A stretch of DNA of 64,000 nt from Mycobacteriales bacterium. Its GTDB lineage: Bacteria > Actinomycetota > Actinomycetes > Mycobacteriales > SCTD01. The position numbers and the translations under genes are program-made. Positions 60,766 to 64,000 of the stretch are shown here, piece by piece. Under the pieces are notes generated by a model. The model searched no databases. It saw only the letters and a program-made list of their open reading frames with translations, and was not told the DNA's origin. Each line of letters begins with the position of its first letter. Position 1 is the stretch's first letter. Location: contig JBBDWV010000058.1 of assembly GCA_040902655.1 (NCBI GenBank), positions 1,013-65,012 of the forward strand, read 5' to 3'.

Positions 60766-61893
60766 ATGGCCACCCCCGCTCCCGAGGCCGCTGTCCGGGG
60801 AGGCGTCCAGGTCGGCCGCGTGCTCGGCGTCCCGGTGCTCGTCTCACCGACCTGGCTGCTGTTCGCCGGCTTCATCGTGCTGAGCTACGGCCCGTTGCTG
60901 ACCGACCGCTTCGGCCCGACCCGCGCCTACGTCGGGGCGGCTTCCTTCGCGGTGCTGCTGCTGCTCAGCGTGCTGCTCCACGAGATCGGCCACTGCGTCG
61001 TCGCGCGGGCGTTCCAGCTGCCGGTGCGCAGCATCACGGTAACCCTCCTGGCCGGCCTGACCGAGATCACCGAGCCTCCGCAGACGCCCGCGAGGGAGTA
61101 CGCCGTCGCCGTCATCGGGCCGATGGTCTCCCTGCTGCTCGCCGGACTGGGGCTGGCCAGCCTGCAGCTGTTCGAGCCGGACAGCCTCCCGTACCTGCTC
61201 GCCGCGATCGTCGCGATCTCCAACGGCCTGGTCGCCGCCTTCAACCTGCTGCCCGGACTCCCGCTGGACGGCGGCAGGGTCCTGCGGGCGGCGCTGTGGA
61301 AGCTGACCGGTGACCCCGACCGCTCCACCCGGGCCGCAGCCTGGGCCGGTCGCGGTGTGGCCGTCCTCGTGGTCCCAGTGCTGCTGCTCGTCGTGCTCCC
61401 GGCGACCGGGGTGACGTCGGCCAGCCTGGTGACCGTGCTGTTCACCGGCCTCATCGCCGCCTTCGTCTATGCCGGCGCGAGCGCCAGCCTGCACCGAGCC
61501 CGGTTCGTCGAGCGACTGCCGCTGGTCAGCGTCGCCCTGTTGGCCCGCCCGGCGCTCGAGGTACCTGCCGACCTGCCCCTGGCCGAGGCGGTGCGGCGGG
61601 CGCAGGAAGCGGGGCTGCGTGCGGTCGTGGTGACCGACAGCGCCGGCCGGCTGCAGGCCGTGGTCAGCGAAGCGGCGGTGCAGGCCACCCCCCAGGAACG
61701 CCGACCGTGGGTGACCGTCGGGACGGTCGCGCGCCGCCTCGAGGACGGCCTGCTGCTCGATCCGTCCCTCGAGGGGGAGCGGCTGCTCGAGGCGATGCGG
61801 GCAGCCCCCGCCAGCGAGTACGTGGTGCCCGACCCGGCCGGCCCATTCCGGGTGCTCGTCGCCGCCGACGTTGCCGAGGCGGTCACGCCGTAG
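60766..61893 (+). CDS. Site-2 protease (M50) with C-terminal CBS-like domains
   Basis: LLHEIGH, AVIGP, FNLLPGLPLDGGRVL. Confidence 0.9.
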   Translation: MATPAPEAAVRGGVQVGRVLGVPVLVSPTWLLFAGFIVLSYGPLLTDRFGPTRAYVGAASFAVLLLLSVLLHEIGHCVVARAFQLPVRSITVTLLAGLTEITEPPQTPAREYAVAVIGPMVSLLLAGLGLASLQLFEPDSLPYLLAAIVAISNGLVAAFNLLPGLPLDGGRVLRAALWKLTGDPDRSTRAAAWAGRGVAVLVVPVLLLVVLPATGVTSASLVTVLFTGLIAAFVYAGASASLHRARFVERLPLVSVALLARPALEVPADLPLAEAVRRAQEAGLRAVVVTDSAGRLQAVVSEAAVQATPQERRPWVTVGTVARRLEDGLLLDPSLEGERLLEAMRAAPASEYVVPDPAGPFRVLVAADVAEAVTP

Positions 61894-61905
61894 CCTTGCT
61901 CCCTC

Positions 61906-64000
<2,095 letters not shown>

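Overview
High-GC Actinomycetota chromosomal segment (mycothiol genes mscR/mshC, proteasome ATPase arc, F420-type LLM oxidoreductase). Left to right: (1) an apparently uncharacterised minus-strand peptide operon, truncated at the left edge, with two tandem paralogous 66-67 aa acidic Asn/Ala/Val-rich peptides, an M50 membrane peptidase with an N-terminal PqqD/RRE-like domain, and an N-terminally hydrophobic CxxC-repeat protein whose repeats resemble the peptide core; (2) a hemerythrin-domain gene and selA-selB; (3) mscR plus an MBL hydrolase; (4) a complete assimilatory nitrate/nitrite cluster (narK, nnaR, nasA, NasB-like flavoprotein, nirBD, moaA) with candidate GlnR and NnaR sites; (5) housekeeping and accessory genes (M23 peptidase, hemH, GH13, serB, SF2 helicase, OYE, TrmH, BlaI/M56, WhiB, MoxR-DUF58-VWA, GNAT/acyl-CoA-ligase fusion); (6) a small islet at the 3' end of tRNA-Leu(GAG) encoding an XRE protein and a probable PemK/MazF-fold protein behind a palindromic operator; (7) the conserved region running through tandem uppP, mshC, PAC2, metH, RecB-family nuclease and trmI into arc (truncated at the right edge). 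No CRISPR array, rRNA, integrase or transposase seen. Family calls are from motif recognition by eye with no database searches, and several start codons were re-chosen by hand from RBS or stop/start overlap context.
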